From the NCBI RefSeq assembly GCF_001194135.2, contig NC_068997.1:7242373-7274714 (forward strand): a stretch of 32,342 nucleotides of DNA. Direction: 5' to 3'. Below are positions 1 to 12,570 of the stretch, one piece after another. The notes under the pieces are model-generated. The model had not been told where the DNA came from and made no database searches. It worked only from the letters and a program-made list of their open reading frames with translations. Both the position numbers and the translations under genes were made by a program. This stretch comes from Octopus bimaculoides (taxonomy: Eukaryota). Each line of letters starts with the position of its first letter. The first letter of the stretch is position 1.

Positions 1-782
1 TATTTATGTATGTGTTCTAGTTTTATTTTAAAAGATTTTTGCCAAAGAGTTGGTCTCCAAATCAGACCCAACAGTAACATTGTCATTTAGACAACATCAG
101 TTAGGTTGTCATGTATGTATCACATGTGTGTGTGTGTGTGTGTGTGTGTATGTATATATGCATCTAAACGTATGTATGTGTGCATACTAGAGGGTGAACT
201 TCTGGAAAGTTGTTTCATGTATCTAAATGCATGTGTATATATATATGTGTGTGTGTGTGTGTGTTTGTGTCCTCTTGTGTTGACATTGTGCACAAATTGT
301 AAACAGTTTTAGCTTTCGCATACACTATGTCATGGCTGATCTGCCTAGGGATTATGTTAAGAGTATAGCTGTGTGTGGAGTACTCAGCCACTTGCACAAT
401 AATTGAACAGATGAGAAGTTCAGTTGATTTAATAACTGGAATATCCACCATTGAAAGTGCTATTTACTATTTTGAACACATACACACACATAAATGTGTT
501 TGTTTGTGTGTGTGTGTGCATTCCATTGCAAAGTCCAATGCTTCCTGGTTGTTAGATGTGGGCCTTAAATGCAGAGAATTTCCAAAGTTTAGGTAAAAAT
601 GAAGTGACCATGCTTTGCTGGATCTATCAGGTTAACGTGCTTGAATGATGGTAAAGAAATAAACTAAGAGAAAAGCTGTTTAGGAAGGAATGTCACCATT
701 GAAAAATTCCAAGTTTAAAACATGTTCAAATAAACGTCAGAAGGCATGATTTGTTTTCCACACGTAATAATTTATTTTACCA

Positions 783-939
783 GGAGTGACTGTGTGGTAA
801 GTAGCTTGCTTACCAACCACATGGTTCTGGGTTCAGTCCTATTGCGTAGCACTTTGGGCAAGTGTCTTCTTCTATAGCCTCGGGCTGACCAATGCCTTGT
901 GAATGAATTTGGTAGACAGAAACTGAAAGAAGCCCGTTG

Positions 940-970
<31 letters not shown>

Positions 971-1190
971 TATATATATGTGCGTGTGTATGTGTTTGTT
1001 TGTCCCCCACCATCGCTTGACAACCGATGCTGGTGTGTTTACATCCCCGTAACTTAGCGGTTCGGCAAAAAGAGACCGATAGAATAAGTACTAGGCTTCC
1101 AAAGAATAAGTCCTGGGGTTGATTTGTTCGACTAAAGGCGGTGCTGCAGCATGGCCGCAGTCAAATGACTGATACAAATAAAAAATTAAC
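783..1190 (+). mobile_element. tRNA-headed SINE, family A, copy 1 (internal microsatellite)
   Basis: A-box-like TGACTGTGTGG and B-box-like GGTTCAGTCC. Colinear, about 90% identical by eye outside the microsatellite, with 12571-12970. A-rich tail. Confidence 0.88.
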
Positions 1191-1789
1191 GAATCACTAA
1201 ACAAAGTGTGCATAAAGAGAAATGTTGTCCTGTTGCGTGAATAAACATGAAACACATTTGTTGAAGGATTGGCGTGTAGAGTGAGACAGGATTTAGTTTT
1301 GCATAACTTATATTTTAACTTTGGTGGTTTCCCATTCTGTAGAACGACTACAAATGCCAGAAAGATTGCACAGTGTTTAATAAGAACACTGTTAAAGAAG
1401 CATAGCAAAATTCTGATGAGGATGCTAGGACTGTCAGAATCGATAAAATCTCCAAATTGGTTATAGTAACTGGAATAATATTTCAGCAGATAAGTAGTGA
1501 ACGCTGTTAAAGGCTGTCTAATCTGCCACTCTCCATGTTGGAGAGGAATATAAAAGCAGTGGTACTTCAAAGTAAGCACTGTTGTTTACTCAACGTCTGG
1601 GCTCTTAACTGAATTAGCTTCGTGGTAAAAGGTGCGTTTTACTGCTGGGTGGAAGTTATTTGTATTTGTACATTGCCAATCCTACCTGGCTGGCATCTGC
1701 CAAAGCACAACTAAATTAAGCCACAGTGACAAAATAGTTCTGTCATTTCTCACTACAGCTGTATAGAAGAGGAGTTACGCAGTTTGGGG

Positions 1790-2169
1790 CAGAGAGAAGG
1801 GGTTTTGTGCTTGTATAGGAAGGGCAATGAGGATGGAATGACAAAGTGTTGTGCACTCAAAAGTGGTTGGAATGTGTGGAAGAGAGAAAGACATGGAACA
1901 AAATAGTGAAGACTACCTTGAAGATGTTGATGTTGAGGAAGGAGATAATTGGAAGGGCATCGTCCAGCTGTAAAAACCATGCCAAAACTGACCTCCCCCT
2001 GTGCTGGTGCCATGTAAAAACCACTCTATGGGGTGGTTGGTGTTAGGAAGGGCGTCCATCCAAAACAGACACAGTAGCCTGGTGCAGCCCTCCAGCCTGG
2101 CCGGCTCTTGTCAAACCGTCCAACCCATGCCAGTATGGAAGGCGGACGTTAAATGATGATGATGGTGAT
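1790..2169 (+). mobile_element. 5'-truncated RTE-clade LINE: decayed ORF C-terminus plus 3' UTR and (GAT)n tail
   Basis: Frameshifted EDGMTKCCALK/VVGMCGR/RKTWNKIVKTTLKML matches the RTE C-terminal pattern (KKC..L.V.G.CGRGRPRKTW.EVVK.DL). It runs into the tail ...caacccatgccagtatggaaggcggacgttaaatgatgat. Confidence 0.75.
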
Positions 2170-2184
2170 ATATACGCATTATAT

Positions 2185-2372
2185 ATCATCATCACCATTT
2201 AACAACCATTTTCCATGCTGACATGAATTGGATGGTTTTGATAGGAGCTGGCCAGGCTGGAGGGCTGCACCAGGCTCCAGTTATCTGCTTTGGCATTGTT
2301 TTTGTGGATAGACACTCTTTGTAATGCCAACCATCTTACAAAGTGTACTGGGTTCTTTTTATGTGGCACCAA
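2185..2372 (-). mobile_element. RTE-type 3' tail repeat, inverted to the adjacent copy
   Basis: Its reverse complement shares agcctggtgcagccctccagcctggcc with 2076-2102; begins with (CAT)n. Confidence 0.82.
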
Positions 2373-3475
2373 TACAGAATATACATACACATACAGACAC
2401 ACACACACACACATGCATTATCATCATCACTTATCATTCACTTTACCATGCTTGCATGGGTCAGACAAACAGTTTATTTGTGTGTGTGTGTGTGTGTGTG
2501 TGCTTTGAATGAATGGATGACCTGATAGTGAACACTAAATGTGAAGCTGCTTAGGTTGGCTGCAGTGGCTATTTTTTCCTGATGTTTTTAAAATATATTT
2601 TTGTGTTATATATTTGTTTTTAGGATTATATCATCTATTGTTGCTTTGAATATTTTTTTCTTACATATTGTCATGCTGCATCCCTACATCAGACATTTGA
2701 AACCCTAAATTATGGTTCAAGAAGCTTTAACTTCTTAAAAATATACACGCTCTGCTTCATGCATTGAGTACTCTTTCACCCCATTTGTAAGCAAAAGCAG
2801 TAATCTATATTTTTTACATTTTTGAACATGTATATATCATGTGTGTATGTATGTGTATATTTCCTCATCATCATTGATGTTTACGTTTCTGTGCTTGAGA
2901 CTTTGTTGAGGCAGAAAATTTCTACAGCCTGATGCCCTTTCTATCGGCAACATTTGTTTCCAAGCAAGGTTATCATTCTTCCCCTGGCTATCAAACAATA
3001 AACAGTCTGAATATGCTTTTGTGGAGGACTGAAAGCAAACGGCACAGTTTGTATGAATGGTGATGCATTATTTACAATCAGCACAGGTCAAGATAAAGAA
3101 AATAGGCACTCACTCATACACACCTGCACAGATACACATACATAGATGCATACACACATCCACATCTGTGTGTGTGCGTGTCTGCTTTTAAAGGCAGCCT
3201 TTGACTTTTTCCATCCAAAGAGTTTTTTATCCCAATATTTACACCATTTTATAGCTTAATCTATTTTGTGTTCCATTGCTAAAAACGATTTATACATGTG
3301 TGTGTGTGTGTATACACACACACACACACACAGAGTTTATTTGTGGGTTAACAAGGCTGCTATTGGTTTTATGCTGAGAGAAATCTCTCAACAACCATCA
3401 AGCCTGCTCCATGGAATGTTGTTACTTGTCTCCAAGTATACTCTTGTTAATTCACAAATAAAGAATATTTATCCA

Positions 3476-3477
<2 letters not shown>

Positions 3478-3546
<69 letters not shown>
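3478..3546. repeat. Compound (AT)n(AC)n microsatellite
   Basis: Direct reading. Representative of many others, e.g. (TG) ~126-150, 11989-12022, 29143-29169 and (TA) ~10820-10848, 27884-27920, 30311-30342. Confidence 0.95.
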
Positions 3547-3554
<8 letters not shown>

Positions 3555-4891
3555 GAGACCTACACACATTTTATGATGCTAATGTTGAAAATGGAAGATA
3601 TTCTTGAGGCACAACAGTTCATAAAAAGAAACTGTTCCTTAACTTTAGATTCTGAAGCTTTACATGGTTGTGAGATGAAATTTCTGTGAGATATGATGGC
3701 TAGTTTCTTGCATATTAAGGAAGAGAAAGGAAGAAGCAGGGATGTCAGATCTCAAAGTGCTTCACCTGATTGGCAATATGACACAAGTGTCAATAAGTTG
3801 TATGTAAACCTGCTCAACCCACAAGAATGTGAGAAAACATTTTAAAATGAAAATTTCCGAAGGATCTCAGATTTGTTCCCCATAATTAAATGAAGCACTT
3901 ATCTAAATACACAGTCAATGTCCATTGCTTTAATATCCGCAACTCATATAGAATCATTTTGTTCCTAATTTAAGGAATCAATAGGAGTCAAGAATGTAGT
4001 GTGAGTTTTGAGTCTACAGATAAACTCAGTTTGTATTTGGAATCTCCTTGGATTCCACTCCATCTGCATCACTGCTGCTAAGAAAGACATTAACATTGCA
4101 GTTTTCATCTTTTTATAAAAACGATGATGTTTCCCAATTATGTTTGAAATGAGTGTATTTTAAGACTTAGCAAGCATTATGATCTCTTGGTGGACTTAGT
4201 TCTTGGATTGGAGTTGTTTCCAAAAAAAGAAACTAATTTCTTTCACTTATGATGCCATTAATGTCATTGAGAAATGCTTGTGTAATACTTCTGTGCATCT
4301 TTTTCTCTCGGTCAGAATTCTATAATTTGTGACAGTAGCCTAAATACAAAATAGACAATGTTTTCATCGAATTTAACAAAGTCGTATTTTATTTGCTGGT
4401 TGAACAGAGGCAAACTGTAGTGTGAGTGTTGTGGTTATTTGTACCTTCGACGATTGATTGGGGAGGCTTGGTTCATTATGGGTTTGCATGAAGCATGACT
4501 GCACAACTGGACCAAATGATGAATTGGATGCAAATGCCCTTAGAATATCTGTGCATCTCAAGAAATATTTGGCTGCTGTCATCAGTGATGTGCATATTTG
4601 GACATCCAATATAAGATTTTGAATCTTTATTGCCTGGCAAATACAAATCTCATTAAATATAGCAGGAGACACTCTTTTGGAACTTATTAAAGCAAATTNN
4701 NNNNNNNNTGAGATAAGACTGGTTTAATAAAGAATGGCGATTAATGTATATAATAAGAGTAGATGTCCCAGGAAGAACAGGAAATTCTTACAAAAATATG
4801 AACCCTATTAAATATAGTGATTGATCTGGTTTACCCACCAATTGAAATCAAATGTATAATCTTCATTCAAAAGATTCACTGATTTTCTTTT

Positions 4892-5120
4892 TTAACCCTT
4901 TAGCATTTAAACCGGCCATATCCGGCCAAAAGTATTCTGCCTGTTTTATGTTCAAACTGGCCAGATCTGGTCTCTCACACCAACCCTACAATATTGTTTT
5001 AAAAATTAACAGCTACCTCATCAAAATCCCATAGCTACAAGATAATGTACGATTACTTCAAAACAATGTAAATAAAAAAGCATTAATTTTGGCAGAATAA
5101 TGCAAACACTAACGGGCTAA
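4892..5120. mobile_element. piggyBac-type MITE, copy 1
   Basis: TTAA-CCCTTTAGCATT...aacactaacggg-ctaa (decayed TIR and TSD). Interior colinear with 27101-27322. Confidence 0.75.
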
Positions 5121-5942
5121 TCTTTCATAAATAATCCAACAGAGCTGAACACTGACAAGATTAGTAAATCTCTGATGACAGTCAAAAGGCTGCCTGTATA
5201 GAACAGGGTCAGACACCAGGCAGAATGTGATCCTTAAAATAAAGCAGTGCTAGAAGTGACATTGTTTTTGCTGTTGGTTAAAGAGAAAAGCTCTTCTATC
5301 TACGAACTGTAGCTACTTCCTGGATGTTATTTTGCAAGTCATTGCTGTCATTTAAATTCTTTTCGTTTTTGATATCCCCAATGGCTGGAATGAGGAAGAG
5401 ATCGGCGACATTGAGTTCTTGAGTGTCTATTTCCATATTTATGCCGTAACAACATTGCATTTTTCTCTCTTCATATTTTCAGAGCTCTGTTGGGATTGAC
5501 CTAAATACAAAGCTGCATATGTTCTTATCTAATTATCACAGGATTATCTCATTTCCTTCCATTACATATTTACGTAGAAGTGTTGAATCTGAGATGACGT
5601 ATGCTGTTTAGCATTGCCACATGGTAATGGGAAGTCGAAAGAGTGGAATAAATGTTCGGCTTTAAGAAAGAAGAGAAAGGCAAATGCTTCAAGTTGAACA
5701 CGTTGTGGGGGAGAGAGAGAGAGAGAGGAAATGGTGAAAGGGTATTTTTTTTCAATGGGAATTATTGAGGAGGAGGAGGAGGAGGTGGAGAAAGAAGCAC
5801 GAGTGCCATAATTATTTTTATTGAATATATTTCTCAGATTTTTATCTGTAATTAAGAATTCTCTATATTTTAGAATCTTGTTTTTGTTTTAATTCAATCC
5901 AGCCTACATCAATATGTGTGTTGGTGTGGGTGTGTTATATCG

Positions 5943-6137
5943 TCATCATTATTATTTTTATATCTGTTTTCCATGCTGGTATGTGTTGAATGTACCAACA
6001 GCATCCAGTGAGAGTCAGAGAACTACATCCTGCTCCAGTGTCTCAGTTTTAACATGCTTTCTATGGCCGGATGCCCTTCATAACACCAACCACTTCATAG
6101 AGTGTACGAGGTGCTATTTTTGTAGCACCAGCACCAG
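5943..6137 (-). mobile_element. Diverged RTE-type 3' tail repeat
   Basis: ttttccatgctgg...ggatgcccttcataacaccaaccact...gtgct matches the reverse complement of the tail family. Confidence 0.72.
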
Positions 6138-7690
6138 TGGGGTCACCTTGTAATATGTCAGACTGAAGTTACAAGGTGACTCTTGCAAGAGTAAAGAAGA
6201 GCTCCTCACCACTGAACTGAGCAGGAGAATAGGTGACAGGGTTGTCGCCTTATGTGAAGTGGTGAGAGGTTCAAGTATGATAGGAGGGACGGTGGACGTC
6301 CATGCCTACTTCATGTTTTACTTGAGTGGATGGGATGGGCCAGGCTGGAGTGGGGCTAAGAAGTGAGGTAAATATAATGGTGACAGAGTGTTAGTACATG
6401 CCTTCATGGTGATGTGTTGAAGAAAATGAATGGAACATAGATACAGAAGAATCAGGAAAGTGTGTGTNNNNNNNNNNNNNNNNNNNNNNNNNNNNNNNNN
6501 GGTGATGAGGGATAGGGTAAAGTTGCAAAAGTGGGAGTGATGGAGGTGGTCAGATTGTTTAGGGGATGAAGTTAATGAAAGATGAACAGGGGTGGGGGAG
6601 GGGGAAATGATAATAAGAATGAAAGATGGATGCTGATTGAAAGTAGCACAGAAGTGGATAGGAAGTGGTGGCTGGCAGTATAGAGATGGCAAGATGGTGT
6701 GATATGTAGTAACAAGTCCAGCACTTCGCAAACTGCTCATTTTGGGTCTGGAGATTTTGGAAGAGTTGCAGTTATCTTTCGTTTAGTAGAATAACAGCTT
6801 GACTGGATTCCTGTAGAGTCCCAGACAAGGGATATTGGAGCCCATGGCTTCCTCTCAATGTGGCCTATATCTCTGTCATTGGAGTGAGGAAATCTTGTAT
6901 GTGGCTGTATAAATGTACATGTGTATGGATGTAAGTGTGTGTCTGTGTGTGTGTATGCACACGCACAAAAACAAACGACCGTTTATCTTAAAAGCTGGGC
7001 ATGGTCCAACCAGGTAACTGGACACCAGTGTGAAGCCATGATATGAAAATAATCACAGGTACTTAACATAAGGTTTGGTGGCACAAACAAGAGAAACAGA
7101 ATTTGGTATGCAAAGCATAAATATCTCTGTATTTTTGTGCTGTAAAGCTGCAGAAGTGACTCAAAAGCCTAAAGTTTTGTGCATGGCATGTATCAAACTT
7201 CAATGTTTGATAAGAGATTCTTACAAAAATATGTCTCTGTATATGAGAAGAAAATGGTAGTAAATATGATTGATCAAGGTCTTTGAGTCATTGATGTCTC
7301 TTTACAGAATATAATAAAATGGTGTGCCTCTCTGGCATCGTTGGTAAGGCTGGAAAAGAAAAATTCTGATAAAGGTTTGATTTCTAATTCTAGATAAATT
7401 GCTTCGTCGATGTTATTAATGCTGATAACTCATTATTGTATATTTCTGATCACAAAAGATCAATTGATCAATACACTGAATGTGTTACACTAGTGTGTAG
7501 CGTTAAATGAATTTATATCTTTGCACGTATATATTTTTTTTATTTTGCTTAAAAAAATAGAACAAAAACATTTTAACCAAACAAAGAACCCCCAATTAAA
7601 TAATAGTGACTTTTTATTTATTATTATTATTTTTTTTTTTTTGCATTGTATGTTTCTTGGTTTAACATGTTGGCATTCTGTTCTGTATAG

Positions 7691-7778
7691 TCGAATGTCG
7701 CAGCTTCAAATGTGAAATTGAGTCTCTTTTATGACTGGCTGTTATTTGACCCTGACAAAGATAGCATTATGAATATTG
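7691..7778 (+). CDS. INTS3: INTS3 exon a: [29 protein letters not shown] (phase 0 to 1)
   Basis: ctgtatag|tcgaat...aatattg|gtaagt; 88 nt; near-identical to the recalled INTS3 motif. Confidence 0.96.
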
Positions 7779-10700
7779 GTAAGTTCTTTTAGATTATGTT
7801 CCTTAGATTTTTCTCCTATCTAGCAGACCTCATGTCTCAATACTTTACAACATAGCAAATTCTTCCGACCCTCTTTCCCCTCCCCTCCCATCTTTTTTTT
7901 TCTTAAAGTAGTGTCGTCTTCTCTTAGTCACTTTATTCATAGCATTAGAGCTATTTTAATGAGTGACTGGCAGAAATTTTACAAAGTGGGTATTTCTTTT
8001 CTTATAGAAAATTAATTGAATGAGTCCTCTCTGATATTTAGTAAAAGTAAAAAGAAAGAATCAGCTATTTATTGTTTAGCATCAAATCAGCCTTGATTGA
8101 GCCGAACTTATATAATTCATGGCATTTTGTGTCAGCCCCGATTAAGTGGTTTTTATATAATTAATGGTATTCTAGCTGTGACCACTCTCTCTTTTTGTAT
8201 ATCAGGGATTATATTGTCCAATGTATCTTTTATCTAAAGCAGTAGGTGTGATTTGAAAGATTTAGCTGTTGTTTTTAGCCATTTGAGTGACTGCATAAAG
8301 GTTTTTATGTTGGCTCATTGCATTTGATTGTGACCACTATTGGCTGTAATTCTTTTCTCTCTTTTTTTTGGAAACACTTTGGTCTCTTGTGATCTTTTTC
8401 TCTCATATGAGGACATGAAAATATGAGGGCTTCATTTCGTTTATGTTTTTATGAATATGAGGAGGTGAGGCAATGCCCGTAGCCTTTTGGGATCCTCCAA
8501 TATTGGGAGATGAGGACAGTTGGGGTGAGGTTTGTGCATTTGGTGTTTCATTTGAATTTTGGTAGATTTGTGGCTGTAGAGAAAAAGATGGGTTAAGAAG
8601 AAGTTGCAAGATTTGGGAAAATGTTTAGTTGTGGGTTTGGAAAGTGAGTTATAATGAATAGGCTTGGGTGTGAGGTGGGGGTAGGGTTATTGATTACATT
8701 TTATATTGGATGAGGAAGTTAAAAAGACCAGAGATCATTGTAGTTTCACCAGAAAAGAAAAAAATTCAACACAGCCTGGTGTTGTGTTGGTGCTTACAGA
8801 GGCATTGTCTCAACAACACTTGTCTTGCTGGCCATGCATGGTCAGTACACTTCCCAAGTGTATTAGTAGAATTTTAGACTTAAATATGGTTGTGTTTAGT
8901 AAAGTGCTAATATCCAGTCTTCTCTATTCAGCTGTCTGTAAAGTGTTTATTGATAAAGTCAGGGTGTGGGCATTCCTATCAGTTTTCACCTAACCAATTT
9001 CTTTTTTGTTTTCTTTTTTTTTTTTTTGGTTATTACTTTTCTTATCCGTCTTTGTCAACTGATTGACATTTTTAAAGGTGAACATTAATTTGACAACTGA
9101 AAGCATTTAAAAATGTTTTGGAAATGTTTGGAAACCACCATTTGCTGTGGCTCAAATCACAAAGNNNNNNNNNNNNNNNNNNNNNNNNNNNNNNNNNNNN
9201 NNNNNNNNNNNNNNNNNNNNNNNNNNNNNNNNNNNNNNNNNNNNNNNNNNNNNGGGGGGGGGGGGCAAGCGTCTTGATGTAATGATATCCTCTGATTGGA
9301 ATACATTATAAGGGGGGGGGGGGAAGAAAGAAGAAGAAACATTTGGTAGCATGAAGGGATGTGACTGAATAACGAAAATTACTGAATGTGGAGAATTTCT
9401 GAAGCAAATATTTTGTAATTGATAAAATGTGATTGAATTAGTAAAAAAAAATCTAACTTTGAACCTGAAAATGATTGACTACAAGTGGATGGTGATTGGA
9501 AACTGTGTTACTGTAAGTGGAGTAACCGATAAAACACTGAGAATGTGAATCAAAAAAAGATGATGACTGCACAAGGAGTGTGATTGTATTGGCAGTTGCC
9601 ATTGTTTATTTTTTTTCTGTTGTGGGCACAGACAGATCTAACTTTGTATCATATTGTCTTCAAATGTCAAACCTTCACCACCATCAATCATCTTTACAGA
9701 ATATTGTGTTGATTTTAACCAGGGTATTTTTCCCCTCTTATTCTAGATACCACATGCATTTCAGACTGTTCAAATCCTTATGTAACCAATGTGTTGTGGT
9801 TGACTAACAAAGGTTCTGCAGTCTTCTTGCTTCAAGTTGTCTAGTTACAGTCACTACTTTTACGTTAAAGTCGAATGGTTTTCTCTGGGAACAAGACAAA
9901 CATCCAACTATAAAAAAGCTTCCAAAACTGACCTACTCAAATGCGCAAATAAGTTTAAAATTCTAGTGGATAAATGAAATTAAAAGTGAATATATTGGAC
10001 AGAGGAAACAATGATTATTTCAATAATATACACATTTATGTAACATTTTTTTTTAATGTTCTTGTGATCACACACCTGTGAATAGAGTACATAGAAATGA
10101 TAAATAGCTTCGTATAAAATGCACAATGCATGCTTGAGGTGAAAGTGTGAACTGATGAAAGCGTCCTGACGATTTGGCTTTTATCATTGGATTCCAAAAT
10201 GGCTCACTTTGGAACTTTAGCTTATATTGGCCCCTATCCCCCCTCCATCTCCTTTTTCTTTTCTACCAGACATGTTCTTAAAATTTATTTTCACGGAAAC
10301 GTTTAAGAGAAACCCAACCAAAACAGTAATTGCTAAACAAACACTCCATTTTGTATTAATAAATTTCCAATTCATTGTTGTTATTTCCCTCATTCTACTC
10401 ATGAATTATGAAACTTATGTATATACAGTGGTGTGTGTGTGTGTGTGTGTATACAGGTGATTCAAAAGTCCTTTTAGTATTTATGGATATGGGCTGGTCG
10501 ACAACTGAGGCCACTTGACCTTCTTAATATATATCTCATCCCCCTGCCATCTCCCTCACCACAACCTTTATCTTGCAATTCATTGCACCCTCTACCCTAC
10601 TGGTCTCAGTTTTCTGTTCAGTGCCAAAGCTCAGGAATTCAATTCCAGAATAATTGGTCTCCTATCATGGCATTTATAGTGTCAGCTGCTCAAACCACCT

Positions 10701-10817
10701 TCGGTAGTTAAACGAGGTATACCTGGACAACTGAATAAAATTATCATTATATGATGATGATGATACCATTTTTAGGGCGATGAATATTCTTTCATCTTTT
10801 GATGATATTTTTGTAAG

Positions 10818-10853
<36 letters not shown>

Positions 10854-10964
10854 TTATCTCCAATTATGTATTGGAAATAAGAAAACAAAATTGTAACAAA
10901 ACCATGTAAATGCTAGTCTTCTGAATCACTGTATACATATATATAAATGTGTTTCCTTTCTCCC

Positions 10965-11050
10965 TCTCTCTTTCTCTCTGTCTATCTATCTGTTTCTCTA
11001 TATATCTGTCTGTCTGTCTACCTATCTGTCTATCTGTCTGTCTGTCTATG
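10965..11050. repeat. (TC)n/(TCTA/TCTG)n tetranucleotide microsatellite
   Basis: Direct reading. Confidence 0.9.
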
Positions 11051-11248
11051 TATTTATGTGAGACATGTTCCAAATTTTGTAGTTCATTATAATATAATGG
11101 CAGGAGAAGAATATTTCTTTTATTTCACAGTTTGAGTGAAAACTTTGGAACACTCCAAGAGTGTGTGTACACACATATATATATATATAAATAGCTTCGT
11201 ATAAAATGCACATATGTGTGTGTGTGTGTGTGTGTGTGTACACACACT

Positions 11249-11462
11249 CAAGGGGCTATTGAAAAGTTCCTGGCTTTAAGGGTATTGCGAAACGCCTGGT
11301 TGGAGGCCCAACCTTCTGGAGGTCTTTTACAGGGTTTAGAAAAACTGAATGACTACTGCAGTAAGTGTGTGAATCTGAGAGGGGAAGATGTTGAATAAAA
11401 TCATAATTAACTGACTCCTGTATTTTCTTTTACCCAAAGCCAGGGACTAGCACTCCCTAGAT
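11249..11462 (+). mobile_element. Tc1/mariner-derived miniature element
   Basis: Imperfect TIRs (aggggctattgaaaagttcctggcttt / aaagccagggactagcactccct). Interior encodes QGLEKLNDYCSKCVNLRGEDVE*, resembling the mariner transposase C-terminus GI.KL..RW.KC....G.Y.E. Confidence 0.78.
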
Positions 11463-11987
11463 ATATGCACACAGACATGCATGTGTGTATTGAATGAGAG
11501 TGTCCACTGTTATTCTTTCTTTTATTTCTAGTTTTTCTTCAGGTAATATATTAATTTTCATTTGGAAAACAATTTTTAGCCATGCTCTATAAATACTCTT
11601 GTTTTTCTGATATATCTAATCATCCTACCTTTGAATTAAAACACACACACACACACATGTGCATGCACTCACGTGCACACACACAAAGTAGCCTTGAAGT
11701 ATAATGATGTGATGTTAACTACTCAAGTTAATCTCAATGACTTGGGCAGGCCTGTAAAGACTGTTCGTACGGCCCATTCCTCCACACTAAACCAAGAAAG
11801 GAAAATAGATAATGAAGGAAAAACAAAAAAAAACCCATTGATCTGTGTTCAAATCTTTGCTTTATTCTTCTGTGCAAGACTTGTTCTAGTTTGTGGTTGG
11901 AAAAGCATTGAAATGTAAAAATTAGCTTTGTAACAAAAACAAAACTGAACATCTCATTCCTGCAAACATGGAAAGTAGATGTGTGCT

Positions 11988-12026
<39 letters not shown>

Positions 12027-12276
12027 ATCAGAACAGGCGGAATGCTTCAAGTGAACAAAGACCATGAGCTTGTTTTGGCTTCTGGTTACTTCACACACGC
12101 ACACACACACACACACTGCTAGTATGAAAGTCACAACACTCTATTTCTCAGTCTTGTCTTTAGTCAAAAGACATCTGTCTGTCTGTCTGTCTCTCTCTCT
12201 CTGTGTACAACAATCTGTCTGTGTATACCTTGTGCATATGTTTCCACTTACCTGCCTTCATGTCCTTCTATTTCAG

Positions 12277-12356
12277 AGCCAGCAATTCTTGTCATGTACC
12301 ATTCCATGCGGCCACACCCTGTTATCACAGCAACCCTTTTAGATTTTATGTGTCGG
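12277..12356 (+). CDS. INTS3: INTS3 exon b: (E)[26 protein letters not shown]
   Basis: tttcag|agccagca...tgtcgg|gtaatt; 80 nt; phase 1 to 0. Confidence 0.96.
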
Positions 12357-12570
12357 GTAATTCACCTTGAATTCTTTCTTTCTTTCTTTGATGGTAGAGG
12401 TTGTATGTGATTGAATCAACTCCATCACAGCTATTTATTTATTTGTTTCCACTTCCAATGGAAGAAGATAGAAGACAAAGTAGAGAGACAGAACTAGATT
12501 CTGAGTTAAAATATTACCACAGTTGGCTTTGCTTTCTGAGTTTCTTTTGGTTATTAGAATAAAAAGTAAC

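Noticed and set aside
1091-1579. 162-aa minus-strand ORF
   Set aside because: No recognisable motif; its end runs into a SINE; no supporting splice or start context.
4373-4680. Possible GIY-YIG/Penelope remnant (minus-strand KSYIG)
   Set aside because: Only a 3-residue motif with stops immediately upstream and no other GIY-YIG features.
6160-6900. Purine-rich stretch with a 140-aa minus ORF, possibly an old LINE
   Set aside because: No RT or endonuclease motif could be aligned, and it is interrupted by a gap.
10151-10186. CTGATGA hammerhead-like start with a hairpin
   Set aside because: No GAAA after stem II and no stem I/III cleavage-site geometry.
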